A stretch of DNA of 63,884 nucleotides, counting the filler, from Lenisia limosa (taxonomy: Eukaryota > Protista > Breviatea), in the NCBI GenBank assembly GCA_001655205.1. It is 17 parts of 17 records of this genome, joined end to end, with 100 filler letters (N's around TTAATTAATTAA, not from the genome) between each part and the next. Parts side by side here need not be neighbours in the genome. Positions count along the whole stretch, not along the records: positions 10,282 to 13,774 come from LPNZ01008649.1; positions 13,875 to 18,208 come from LPNZ01001476.1; positions 18,309 to 19,624 come from LPNZ01005061.1; positions 19,725 to 22,300 come from LPNZ01010134.1; positions 22,401 to 26,684 come from LPNZ01009911.1; 12 more parts are not named here. One strand, given 5' to 3'. Position numbers and translations under genes: made by a program. Shown here piece by piece: positions 13,201-25,400 of the stretch (the first letter of the stretch is position 1; each line of letters opens with the position of its first letter). The notes below the pieces were generated by a model. The model saw nothing but the letters and a program-made list of their open reading frames with translations. It made no database searches and had not been told where the DNA came from.

Positions 13201-13774
13201 ACACCTGGCAAAATATTTGTTTTTTGAAACGGAATTTTCTTTATATATTACATTCGCCCTCCCTCCTACCTCAGACAAGTTCCATATTTGAAGCCACCCC
13301 TGCCCTGAAATTCGCTCAAAGCGTCACAAATAACGCCAAGAAGGCCTAATGGTTGAGAAGAGAAAATAGAATAATGATGTTATATAGTATCTCTCACAAA
13401 ATAAATAAAAACTCTTGAGTACACTTAATTATTTACGAAAATCACCGTAATACACGGAGAAAATACTAGGACGCCCCCCCACCCTTACCATGATCACAGA
13501 GCTCCTTTACCAGTGGCTCGATTTTGGCAAGGATTTTGAAGTATTGCTGCGGCCCTTTCTCTGGGAAAATAAAAGGCCAATATTGTAACCTTCTTTAGAT
13601 GGTAATAACTACAAATAAAAACAACTTTTTAACTAAAAACAAACAAAACAAACCTTTGAAATTCAAACCGTCCAAAAATAGAAACGAGAAGCAAAATTGC
13701 TCCACACAAATCACATTCTATATACGGCAATGAAGCACCAATAACTTACCATATATAATTTCTTGAAACTCAGG
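10282..13774 (-). CDS. Unknown multi-exon helical (HEAT/ARM-like?) protein, both ends truncated
   Basis: Spliceable exons include EKGPQQYFKILAKIEPLVKELCDH, VLAGLTLHPSSLSHIVSTQSGQSPHTPLLKVLLDILAG, GIHCIIALALQQDCAQILMA and ADFSALLLECLPQL. No family recognised. Confidence 0.5.
10981..11076. mobile_element. MITE family B (~95 bp, TA-flanked). Other copies at 25960-26054 and 39302-39400; partial copies near 20868, 29083, 32146, 40010, 42290, 52014 and 61455
   Basis: TIRs GGGCTTCACTTTGGTTCGAAAAA / TTTTTCGAACCGAAGTGAAACCC(TA). Copies share the core GACTGAATTTCTCGATAAATCCTCGA..TATCGATATT. Confidence 0.8.
11311..11392. mobile_element. MITE family C (Tc1/mariner-type CAGT ends). Second copy ~20215-20290; half copies near 24605-24636, 25015 and 28740
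   Basis: TA-CAGTGACCGGGATAAGTCGTGACCGATTT ... AAATTGGTCAAAACTTATCCTAGTCAGTG-TA forms an almost fully palindromic 82 bp element. Confidence 0.75.
11990..12225. repeat. Dispersed repeat family A (~100 bp; two copies here). Others near 4645-4710 (reverse), 13880, 20550, 27845-27940, 39860-39955, 41488-41575 and 50855-50905 (reverse)
   Basis: Recurrent ATAGCAATGAGAAATAAAA..GGTTGTATCTGGCCGAAGCCGTCCACACCATCACGCTTATAAGAGATATTGGAT..AATTCACCCAAT. No clear TIRs. Confidence 0.8.
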
Positions 13775-13958
13775 NNNNNNNNNNNNNNNNNNNNNNNNNN
13801 NNNNNNNNNNNNNNNNNNTTAATTAATTAANNNNNNNNNNNNNNNNNNNNNNNNNNNNNNNNNNNNNNNNNNNNAGATACATCCTTATTTCTCATTGCTA
13901 TATAGTATAAAGTACGCTAGAATATGTACATTATGTACGCCTCCTAGACTGGACCGAC

Positions 13959-14761
13959 CTTTGACTTTCGAGTCATAAGCTTCCTTATTGTTGAGGAACG
14001 ATTGGGCGGCGTTGCCATTCAGCGGATCTTTGGGGTTTGGGTAGAGGAGAAGTTGTGGGAGAAAGGTGTCAAATATATTCAGCATATCTAAAACAGATCA
14101 AAACGATTGGCCTGAATATGAAATTCTGAAGTCTTTAATTGAGAACCCAGCACACCATACATGGGGGTCCATGTCTGATTTATGACATCAAGGCACACAG
14201 ATCCGGATCTAATAAGGTCAGATTGTACCAAAAGAACCATTTACACGTTTTCCAGAAAGTTTATGTGGTTGACACAGCCTTTCCTTTTCTGTTTGAACAC
14301 AGTGTACCCCCCCCCCCACGATTCATCAACATTAGGGTGATATATACGGTTTGCGAAAGCCACAGAAGGAGATTTGAAAGGATAGGATTCTGGTACCATA
14401 ACATGTACCTTCCATACTCCTCCTTCATATAAACCTAAACAAAAGTGACAGTGGAACGAGAATTTGTACAATATTCTATTTAGTGTTGCCAGTTGGGGAA
14501 AGTACCAATAGAAAGTGTGATGGCTAGTTGTTCAACAATTTTCTATTGACTTACTTTCTTTTGGTCCTTTGAATTTGACTGTAAAATCATCCATCCGATC
14601 ATCAGATAATGTCACTTCATAGTCACTCATCATCCTATATGTGATTTGACTTCCTACAATTACAACCCTCTAATAGCAGTGGTAATAGCATTTTCCATAA
14701 AGCACCAGGGAGCCCACAATTTCATGACATCTCGTTCCTTTCGATGAGTAAGGGACGCCAT
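13959..14761 (-). CDS. UBE2H: Ubiquitin-conjugating enzyme E2 H / Ubc8 (last exon not seen)
   Basis: Five exons read [108 protein letters not shown]. Confidence 0.95.
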
Positions 14762-15698
14762 TGTGAACTAGGTTGTTAAAAGTCCGCGAAGTACCAAGAA
14801 CTATAAAAGGCTTATTAATTATTAAACTTGATCAGCTGAGCAATTTTCATCAGGCATAACAAAAAGAACAGTGTTTGATGGATGTGAACGGGATTTGCCA
14901 AAAGAAAAACGTGAAATGGTAAAATGTAATAACATTGTGCCAAGATGAGTTTTCTGATGGTTGTCTTGAGAATATAAATTGACAAAAGGTTAAAAAATAG
15001 ATGGCAATAAGCATACAGAAGTTCAGGGAGGCTAAATGCGAAATGAAGTTTGGGCGAAAGGAGGTGAAAATTCGGCAACGGTTTGAGGAATAGATAACAA
15101 TCACTATTAGAAGAGACTAAAATGAAACACTCACTATTTCCAAACTTATATTGGACTTTAGTAGCGTCTAGCAATCTAGCATTCAAAGAAATGGGCAAGT
15201 CTACCAAAAAAGGCAAGTCGGATGAGATCTATGATCTTGTGGTGGTTATACTCGCGATGTTATGCATCTTTCTTCCTCGGTTTTAGCTTCTTCCTCCTGC
15301 CCTCTTCCTTCCTCCTCTTCTGTGTAAGACTGTAAGACTGATGTAGTTGAGGTTAGTTAGTAGTTGGGCCCCCCCTTTTGCCCCCTTCCCCTTCCCTCGT
15401 TTTACCGCCTTCTCCATCAGGTCAATCGGTTAAATATATAACTACCACTACACCAGTGTCTGACTATTGAGAAGAGAGGAGTGTCTGACTATTGAGAAGA
15501 GAGGAGTTTTTGCTGTGTTGGTGGAATTTATCCAAGACTTCCAGGGTCTCTTCAAATGTAATTTTACTGATGGACTTATGCATATTCTTATTTTGATACC
15601 TTCTCTTGCTTCATCCCCGTTGTGACGATTGTTCATTCTATGATTAGACTGTGCCTCTTTGACACTTTGACCATTTTAGAAGAAGACAGCCGACAATT

Positions 15699-18107
15699 AT
15701 GGCGGATAGTTCTGGTAGGGTAGCGAATAATAATAAAATATAAATGAAATTTGCATCGTTTCGTTATATCAACCCAGTTATTGGTTTCACAAATGCTGGG
15801 AGGAGTGTTTTTTGTCAATAGACAAATGAAATAGAAAAAGAAAAGAACATCATATAGTATTTTCAAAAACAAGTGATTCACAGTTTTGTCCCGTGATTCA
15901 TGTTTTGTCTATATAATATATATCGATATTTTATATATAGTTTAGCAAGTATTATTTACCCTTAAAAAGGGGCAAGACTTTTTGTTGGGAAGTGTGTGAT
16001 TCTACTTTGTCGAATATCTGTTTGATTCTATTCTGTTTTATACTACTCTCTAACATTTAGAATGTTATTATACAGTTCCTTCACCTTTCAGGCTGTCTTG
16101 TTCGTTTAGAGACCTCCAGCCTTCCAAATAACCTCGATGCTTGTGTAGTCCTTCAGAAAGGTGACAACTCTATTGGTCGCGAAGAAGGCGTGCTGTAGGC
16201 TTGGTTTTGAGGAGTATTTATTCTCTTTTTTTGAAGGATCTTTGCAAAAAGATACAGAAATAATCCATCGGATAACCACAATAATGTTAACGTGATCCTA
16301 TTTGTCCAATTCATGGGATGCATACAACCAGTTTAATGGACTGATAGAGAGATTTTACCAATGAAGACGGCTCAGCAAGGCAGGTTCCAGCTTCCGTCTG
16401 AAGCTATACTCGAGGAAACATGCCATTGTATCAAACAGCTCAAACGTGCGGGAGGCGGGGCTGGACGATTGAGAGGTTGTGGATATCATATATCTTTTTG
16501 GAATGAAGTGAAGCCAATCACCCGTTTTCACGCTGATTCACAATAAAAAAACTGGTATATTAAAGAAGTTTTTTGGGGTTACTCCAAAATCTCACTGTTT
16601 AGCGTTGGTCGATCACTAGTCCTTCAAAAGCCGCTTTCCTCACAGTCAATGGCAAAAAGCTGAGTCATCACAACCCACCTCAGAAGTTAAACCAAGGTAA
16701 GAGAAGGGGTACAGTATTATTCATTGTTTGTGACGACAACGCTTTCATTATGACGCTTCCAGGGGACAAAATCATGTTTGGCAAGCCAACTGCTGATATT
16801 GATGGCGAGCCGGTTCAAAACCCTGCGTATTACATGTTTAGTATGGGTGGTGTTGCACTCGGGTCAGTTTATTCATTGCGTTGCAAAATTTCTGACTTTT
16901 AGCGATTCTCTCTGTCCTTTCGGCGTCAACTATTACCGAGCCTGTATCTTCCGATTTCGACCCTCTTACTTGTGAGTTTTTTTTTCTTCTTCAATCAGTG
17001 CTGTTTTGGGTAGAATTGATACGAAATATACAGAGACATTTGTTCTAATTTTCCCCTTTAAAACAGGGCGGTGAAGGCTACACCGCCAGCATTTTCCACG
17101 ATAGCTCACTGATGCTTCATATACAAGGGTTCTTCCATTCACTGTGAAATCTTGATTTCTTCCCCTATTACACCCATCTTATGCCATCTAGATTCCCCTG
17201 ACGCTCCCATTCCCCCTCTCCCTCCCATGCCAGGTAAGTCCACAGTTGGGGTTATCAGTTGACCCCCAAAAAGGCTGATAACAATATTGACATTTGTTAT
17301 GGATTCATACAATTTTTTTTGGGGGGGTCTGCTACATAGTGAGCTTCATTTTTTCCACCTATTGATTGTATTTTGCCTTTTCCTCTAATAATCGTTCCTG
17401 GAAGGTATCAAAGGTGAAGATTCTAGACCCCTTTTTGAGAATATGTAAAAAAAATATAACACACCATGTTTCCGAGTATTGAAATTAAAGACTCTCACGA
17501 TTTAGTTCCGAGTATTGAAATTGAAGATGCAGAGTTACCCAATTTCAACCCTCACGCTCCACTTCCAATTTCCAATCTGACCGATATACCACCACCGCCC
17601 GGTCCTGGTGAGGGTTCAAAGAATAGAATTCTTGAGTGATTTTATCACAGTAGCATAAATAATTAATACTTTACAACCGATAATATTCCTCACCATCAGA
17701 AATGGCACGGTCTCTCACAGAGCCATTCGAGGTTCCACTCGTCAATATTCCATCATATGACCCGACCCCCGGTACCCCGATGTCATCTGTTTCAACCTGG
17801 GGTATGGAGGGTAGGTGTAAAAATAGATAAAAGATGTTGGAGGGGCGGGGATGAATATGTTTAACCAAGATATGAAAGGGAATAAAAAAGAGAGACAATA
17901 AGGTGGCACACATAACTATGATATCATATTCTGTAAAAGCCAAAGAGTGAGGGGGGTGCAAACGAAAGAGAAGACTACCAAATTTTGGTTGTTTTGAGGA
18001 ACAGAGAGGAATAATGCTAGTTCATATCCCCCTTTTTTATTTTCCAGGCTCTTCTGGTCTCACACCGCTCAAGTCATTCCTTCCTCCTCCAGGCTCCTTC
18101 ACCCCAG
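15699..18107 (+). CDS. FHA-domain protein with Pro-rich tail (3' truncated at scaffold end)
   Basis: Exons give the FHA hallmarks GDNSIGR, YSRKHAIV, LTVNG and LNQGDKIMFG, followed by DAPIPPLPPMP, DIPPPPGP and FLPPPGSFTP exons. Confidence 0.75.
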
Positions 18108-18360
18108 GTTTGGGCAAAATATGAGGGTTTAAAATATGACAAGGAGAATTCAATATTTTTTGATCAACACAACCCCGCTCCCTCTCTTATCTCTACCCAC
18201 CTCCATCCNNNNNNNNNNNNNNNNNNNNNNNNNNNNNNNNNNNNNNNNNNNNTTAATTAATTAANNNNNNNNNNNNNNNNNNNNNNNNNNNNNNNNNNNN
18301 NNNNNNNNGTGTACCCCGGACACACCCGGGTCCTTTAAATCCTCGATTTTTGATGTACAG

Positions 18361-18540
18361 GCTGAGTTTGTCTACCCCCGACCGCTTAATGTGGTTTGTG
18401 GGCCGACAGAGGGTTTTGAAATTTAACTTTGTTACTGGCCATTTTTATCATAATAGGGTGACCTCCGCAAGTCTCTCTCCAACACAAAACCCAGTATTAC
18501 TGAAGAGGACCTGAAAGCATTTGAAAAGTTCCGTGCATGA
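18361..18540 (+). CDS. C-terminus of a meiotic-clade AAA ATPase (Vps4_C-like)
   Basis: Two exons read AEFVYPRPLN|GDLRKSLSNTKPSITEEDLKAFEKFRA* (TGA at 18538-18540), resembling the VPS4 SLSNTKPTV..DL..KF end. Confidence 0.7.
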
Positions 18541-19178
18541 CCCCCCCCCCCCCNNNNNNNNNNNNNNNNNNNNNNNNNNNNNNNNNNNNNNNNNNNNNNN
18601 NNNNNNNNNNNNNNNNNNNNNNNNNNNNNNNNNNNNNNNNNNNNNNNNNNNNNNNNNNNNNNNNNNNNNNNNNNNNNNNNNNNNNNNNNNNNNNNNNNNN
18701 NNNATGACCTCATGGTGTACGGCCGGCCAGATATTTCTTTTTTCTCATAGTGTGGTACCAGTGCATTTGTTTGCTCATAATTGGCTGAAATATAATCTAA
18801 TATCATTTGGATTGTTACAGTTTTCATTTTCAATTATTATTTTGTATCCTACTCAATTTCTTTAAAAAATCACCAACACTCCGTATGCAGTGAAACAGTT
18901 GTTAGCCTTAGACCTGTTTGGTTTGGGTTACCCTATTTTTACCCCCTGTAAGAGAGGTGTCATTTTTTTGTTCACGTGAACAAAAATACTCGTGCAATCC
19001 ACACTCTCGCACCCACTGGTGCCGGCAGCGCCAGACCTTCCGTCGGAAGAGTCGGAAGAGTTCACTTCCGAACAAGAGAACCCCGCCCAAATATCATACA
19101 AAAATAAATCACGAAGGAAAAAAAAAAGGCCTAAAAGAGGTAACTTCCCCCAAAAACGAAAAGAACCGCGCTAATGAG

Positions 19179-19498
19179 CTAATGTAATTGGGCCAATGAG
19201 TCAACAAAAGCAATCAGCTGATCGAGCGGCATTTTGACCTTTTCGGCAATTGCGGTTTGGTTCGGTCCGCTAAGCTCAGCAAACATTTCTACGAGGTCGC
19301 CTGGGGGGGGGGGGGNNNNNNNNNNNNNNNNNNNNNNNNNNNNNNNNNNNNNNNNNNNNNNNNNNNNNNNNNNNNNNNNNNNNNNNNNNNNNNNNNNNNN
19401 NNNNGAAGCCCAGAATAAACTCTGTTGACGCCCTCCCCAGACCATCCACAAAGCCGAAGGCTTCCTCCTGAATGTGGTCGTCTGAGAAGCTTCTGAAT
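19179..19498 (-). CDS. DDB1: DNA damage-binding protein 1, last two exons
   Basis: FRSFSDDHIQEEAFGFVDGDLVEMFAELS...LDQLIAFVDSLAQLH* matches the DDB1 end (WRSF..GFIDGDLIESF..EELTRIH). Confidence 0.85.
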
Positions 19499-19724
19499 CT
19501 TTGGTGGTGAGGAGGGAGAGTTTTAAAATTGAGGTTAAAAAAAAAAGGCTGAAAAATCAACTCTGTCAGCATTTGGTAAACACACTAGGGTCAACAACAC
19601 AACAAAGCCCAAATCAACTCTGTTNNNNNNNNNNNNNNNNNNNNNNNNNNNNNNNNNNNNNNNNNNNNTTAATTAATTAANNNNNNNNNNNNNNNNNNNN
19701 NNNNNNNNNNNNNNNNNNNNNNNN

Positions 19725-21470
19725 GAGAAGAAGCCGGTGATAGGGGTGACAGTACTGAAGAGGGCTGAAGACTGGCCTGAGGGTGGGGTAATAATAGAAG
19801 AACGGTGGGAGCAAAACGAAGGCAATTTCGATGAAGAATATTGTCGTAAAGGTACTAAGAACGGGGGGAACAAAATTAGAAAATTTGTGGGGGGGGGGGA
19901 GCCCAAAATCAACTCGGTTGGCTGACAACACGAGGGTTGNNNNNNNNNNNNNNNNNNNNNNNNNNNNNNNNNNNNNNNNNNNNNNNNNNNNNNNNNNNNN
20001 NNNNNNNNNNNNNNNNNNNNNNNNNNNNNNNNNNNNNNNNNNNNNNNNNNNNNNNNNNNNNNNNNNNNNNNNNNNNNNNNNNNNNNNNNNNNNNNNNNNN
20101 NNNNNNNNNNNNNNNNNNNNNNNNNNNNNNNNNNNNNNNNNGAAAAAGCCCAAAATCTGATATTAATGTATTAAAAAACAAAACAACTCTTAATTATACC
20201 TAGTTTCTAAATAACCCTCAGGATAAGTCTTGACCGATTTGCTATATTGATTCCTCAAGGAAAATCGGTCACAACTAATCCCGATTACCGAATGTATACA
20301 AGTTCATTATAAACAACACAGAAACATACCAAAACACAGAAACATACCAAGTTCATATATGACGGCAGATTCGTGCCATTGCTCATCTTGACGGTATGGA
20401 TCAATGTCCATTAGTATCCTGATGGTGGACTAGAGAGAGATGAAATAATGCTGGACTGAGAGAGATGAAATGACGATCCCTTTCGGTTCGAAAATTAAAT
20501 GATACACACAGCTATTTATGTGCTTCCCTGCACACAAGGTGTATATATTATAGCAATGAGGAATGAAAAACAAGGTTATATCTGGCCGATGCCGTCCACA
20601 TTTCAAGCATATCAGAGATATTGGATTTCAGTATGTGTATACAAGGTCAACCAAAATTGAATCATCACAACTCTTCCCCTCTTCCATCCTTCCCACCTCC
20701 AAGACTTGGGGTGTCACAGAAATGGTTACTGGCGGGAGAGTAATCTAGAACAGATGANNNNNNNNNNNNNNNNNNNNNNNNNNNNNNNNNNNNNNNNNNN
20801 NNNNNNNNNNNNNNNNNNNNNNNNNNNNNNNNNNNNNNNNNNNNNNNNNNNNNNNNNACTTCAAAAATATCGATATTTTACTGGTTTTTTACCGATGAAA
20901 CCTTCCCAAGAGTTTAATACATGTCTGGAATTCAGTTTATTTTACAACATGCCTCGCTTCAAATCAATATAATTGCACTAAATAAAAGGCAACCAAACTA
21001 CCCACCCACCTTAATATGGGACGCCTCGATACTGGCGTTATTTGGCGCAACTGAGCGTGCAAACTGCGCATTGGCGCCAACCTGTACGGTGAAAAGGATG
21101 GTTGGAAAATAGATATTAAGAAATAAAGCTTAGAAATACTCAAGGGTTTAAAGGGTTTGTATATTACGGTGGATTATGCACTCCACCAGGCTATTTATTA
21201 TGTCAATCATTTGCCTTAGAACTGTGTCCCTATAGCTTTCTGTGGCTCCCCAGCATACATACCAGTACCCCACTTTATTTAGACTGCACCATATAATAAT
21301 AGCCCCGACTTANNNNNNNNNNNNNNNNNNNNNNNNNNNNNNNNNNNNNNNNNNNNNNNNNNNNNNNNNNNNNNNNNNNNNNTGGGGAAGCTGAGTCGAA
21401 AGATTGCCAAGGAATATGGCAGGGTCATTGGCAGGACTAATGAAGCTTGAAATGTTGGAAACATTTATCT
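19725..21470 (-). CDS. Fragments of an unidentified multi-exon gene
   Basis: Short AG..GT-bounded open exons (INVSNISSFISPANDPAIFLG, VGANAQFARSVAPNN, ITLPPVTISVTPQVLE, ILMDIDPYRQDEQWHE). No family recognised. Confidence 0.35.
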
Positions 21471-21987
21471 AAAGCAGGATTAAGGGAAACGCTTAATAGA
21501 AAATGAAAGGCTTATTGGTAGACATTCAGGATATGCCTGGACGGGTAAACCCGATAAAACCCGATAATTTTTTTTGTTCTTTTGGTTTGAAGATTATACC
21601 TGGAACATTTATTAAAACCGATGGCTGAGATTAAAGATCATCAAAAAAAAAATACTTTCAGACACAATAATATATTTGAGTCCAATAATACTCAGAGAAA
21701 TTCTATAAAATGTCAAGTGGAAAAAATATTTTTTGGGAAAATACAAATGCAATTAAGTTTAAATGTAGTTCCTTAGGGGAACTCTTGGTTTCGAAAGAGG
21801 CAGATAAAGAAGGTGATGGAAGGGGTGTGTGAAAGACAAAAAACAAAAAAAAGTTTGGAGATCAGAAAAAAAAAAAACTTGTGCCCCCAAAAAATATGAC
21901 ATTTTTAATGTCATATTTTTTTCTTATCCAAGCTCTCTTGAGTACTCTGAAGAAGAAGTTTATACGTAGTTAAGAACATTGTGCAAG

Positions 21988-22300
21988 ATGGAAGCAGGTG
22001 ACGAGCAGTCAATCGCTGTCAAGCCCCTCTCTGAAAAACAGTTAGAAAAGTGCTCAAGAGGAAATAAGCCTGTTTTACCAGTAGACTACCACGCATTTGA
22101 ATACCTTAACGCAAAAGAAGTGAATCGTTACCTCAGAAGCGCAATAGTGAACTTTCACAACCAAACTCTCCTCTCTGATGTCCTCCCAAGGGATGCATTC
22201 CGTCGCATTGACACTGATAGTGAAGTTTCTATTGTGTTCGCGTCAATGCACCTCAAAAGAGCTCTTACCCGCTTCCTCCTGGATCAAAACGCAACCCTCT
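21988..22300 (+). CDS. Hypothetical protein N-terminus (intronless, runs into gap)
   Basis: ATG-started open frame of more than 100 codons, MEAGDEQSIAVKPLSEKQLEK...HLKRALTRFLLDQNATL. Confidence 0.5.
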
Positions 22301-22499
22301 NNNNNNNNNNNNNNNNNNNNNNNNNNNNNNNNNNNNNNNNNNNNTTAATTAATTAANNNNNNNNNNNNNNNNNNNNNNNNNNNNNNNNNNNNNNNNNNNN
22401 TTGGAAAATTTATGAAACAAAAAAAAATCCCATAATGATGAGGGGGTGGATAAGAATAATATTGGGGAAGTGGCGGGCAAAGAGTAAAAGTTTATGTCA

Positions 22500-25400
22500 A
22501 AACACAAACAAACTATTCCCAATGCTGGCTGGTCCCCCACCTTGATCTCAGCTTCGGAACGCGTGTCATCCACCTTGACATCCTTCTTCTCCTTCTTGTC
22601 ATCTTTGCGCTTCTTCTTGCCCTCTTCGCTCCTCTTTCCTCTTCGCGTCTTGGACTCCTCTTTCTCCTCGCTGGTAGTGGCAGAAGTGGTGCTCGTGATT
22701 TTGGCCTGGGGGGGGGGGGGNNNNNNNNNNNNNNNNNNNNNNNNNNNNNNNNNNNNNNNNNNNNNNNNNNNNNNNNNNNNNNNNNNNNNNNNNNNNNNNN
22801 NNNNNNNNNNNNNNNNNNNNNNNNNNNNNNNNNNNNNNNNNNNNNNNNNNNNNNNNNNNNNNNNNNNNNNNNNNNNNNNNNNNNNNNNNNNNNNNNNNNN
22901 NNNNNNNNNNNNNNNNNNNNNNNNNNNNNNNNNNNNNNNNNNNNNNNNNNNNNNNNNNNNNNNNNNNNNNNNNNNNNNNNNNNGAAGTTTCTAAAGCGGT
23001 AAGTGTTGCGGTGGTATCCTTTGATTTTAGTTACTTTTTCTTGATCTTAAAAAGTACGGGGAAGAGAAATATAATAAAGATGGTATCTTCCAAAGCCGAC
23101 CACACCATCATGTTATCACAAATATTATTTGTAACTACATATATTGATTCATTCGAGCATTAACCCTCCAACCAAAACGTTCTCCACAGAGAAGCAGATG
23201 ATGGGGCGGCGGGTGGGTGTGAAGGTCTCGGGGTTGTTGTTCAGTTTGCGCAGGGCTCCCATGGCGTCTTCGTGATCGACAAACTCCACAAAACCGAATC
23301 CTATGGGCGGGGTGAGAAAAATTGGACAATTTATGAAACAAAAAAAAAGCACCAAATCAACTNNNNNNNNNNNNNNNNNNNNNNNNNNNNNNNNNNNNNN
23401 NNNNNNNNNNNNNNNNNNNNNNNNNNNNNNNNNNNNNNNNNNNNNNNNNNNNNNNNNNNNNNNNNNNNNNNNNNNNNNNNNNNNNNNNNNNNNNNNNNNN
23501 NNNNNNATGAATAAAAATAGGGAAAATATATTGAGTGAGATGGGAATGTTAGGGGCTGATAAAAAGAAAAACTTATGAAAAAACCAAAGCAGAACAGACT
23601 TTACCCCCACCTTTAGACTTGCCGGTCTCCCTTGTGACTTCGACCTTGCATTGTTTGATTACCGTCTGGCCCTTTCGTTTGTTCTCCTTCTACAGAGGGT
23701 CAGTATTGGAATAAAGTCAATATACTGCAATCAAAGCACTCCTATTTAGTACGCTGGAGAGGTGGGATGCGGTTCCAACCGAGATCTACCTTACAAGCCT
23801 ACCCTATCCGCGACCGCGGCCTTCATGAAACACTTTTTGAGGTCGTCCGTGGTCCAAGTGAACGGCACGTTGAAAACGGTGAGACGAACGGGGGAAATGA
23901 AGAAGTTGGTTGACTTGAGCTTGGTGATGGTGTCCTTCTTGATACTCTCTCTCTTGGCCAAGTCATTCTTCGACATTTGTTTTCCTAAAATGGTTAGTCA
24001 GGCCAAAGTCAGATAGTATGCTCTTTGTACAATAAGCGATAAATATGATAAACAAGATTGAAGAGTGGAATCTTTGAGAAAATACGTATTACCTATTTAC
24101 CAATACCACAGCATTATCANNNNNNNNNNNNNNNNNNNNNNNNNNNNNNNNNNNNNNNNNNNNNNNNNNNNNNNNNNNNNNNNNNNNNNNNNNNNNNNNN
24201 NNNNNNNNNNNNNNNNNNNNNNNNNNNNNNNNNNNNNNNNNNNNNNNNNNNNNNNNNNNNNNNNNNNNNNNNNNNNNNNNNNNNNNNNNNNNNNNNTGGG
24301 GGGAGAGGGTAAAAGGAATAAATTATTATAGAATACAGACAGAAAGACCCCCAATTAATCAATAACCCTCCAACGGTCTTGACTTTCTCCTTGCTGTCCT
24401 CACTGGCCTTGGTGGCCTCACGCCTTGACAGGGCCTTCATCACTGCCAAACGCCTGCCGTTGATTGTGATACCCTGGGGGGGGGGGGTAAATTGGAAAAT
24501 TTATGAAACAAAAGGAGCCCAAATCAACTCTATTGGCTGACAACACACGAGGGTTAACAACAAAACAAAGCCCAGGCTAGTCGCTTCTACAGCACAGCAC
24601 AAGGCAAATCAATTAAAACTTATCCCGGCCACTGTATAATATGTACACCTACCATAGAATCGCCTGCGCTGAAGCCTGCAGTGTACATGTTACCCATGCC
24701 CATTTTGTTTTTGAGCTCCGACGCCATGTTGCCTTGTTGGCCTCCTGCTGCCTCCACTGCAGCGTCCGCCGCCTTTCGAGTTAATTTTGTTGGTGGCGAG
24801 GGGGTAACGGGAATAGAAATGTATGAAGAAACAACAACAAAAAACAAAGACAATCCCACCTCAGAAGTAGCGAATTCGACAAAGGCGGTACCCTTGTTAT
24901 TCCCAGCATGGTCCGTGACAAGAAGGCAAGACGTGATTTCACCATACACCTCGAATGCGTTGCGAACCTGCGGGGGTTATATCATGTCTATCATTATCCC
25001 AGAAAAGTCATAATACGATAAGTCCTGACACGATTGACAATGATACAGCTCAATATCCGTGCCATACTTGTGGTCAGTATGCACAGCACGATGCACTTAA
25101 TAGAAAGAGTTCGGGATTATAGGAATGGAGAATGTCAAGGGGGGTTTCCAGATATAATACATATGTGCCTAGGGCCTACATTACAAAAAGGAAGGAATTA
25201 TTTTCATATGTCATACTGTATGTGTAGTTCATGATATAGTTTTTCTCATATCATACGCTTCACCCCACCTGGAAATCAGTGGCATCGAAGGCAACGTTGC
25301 GACAGAACAGAGTGCGGCCCTCTTCAACGTCCTGATAAAAAGTCGAGTTAACGTAGTGGGGAAATGCGGGGTTGGTTGCATGGGTGTTAACAGATTTGGG

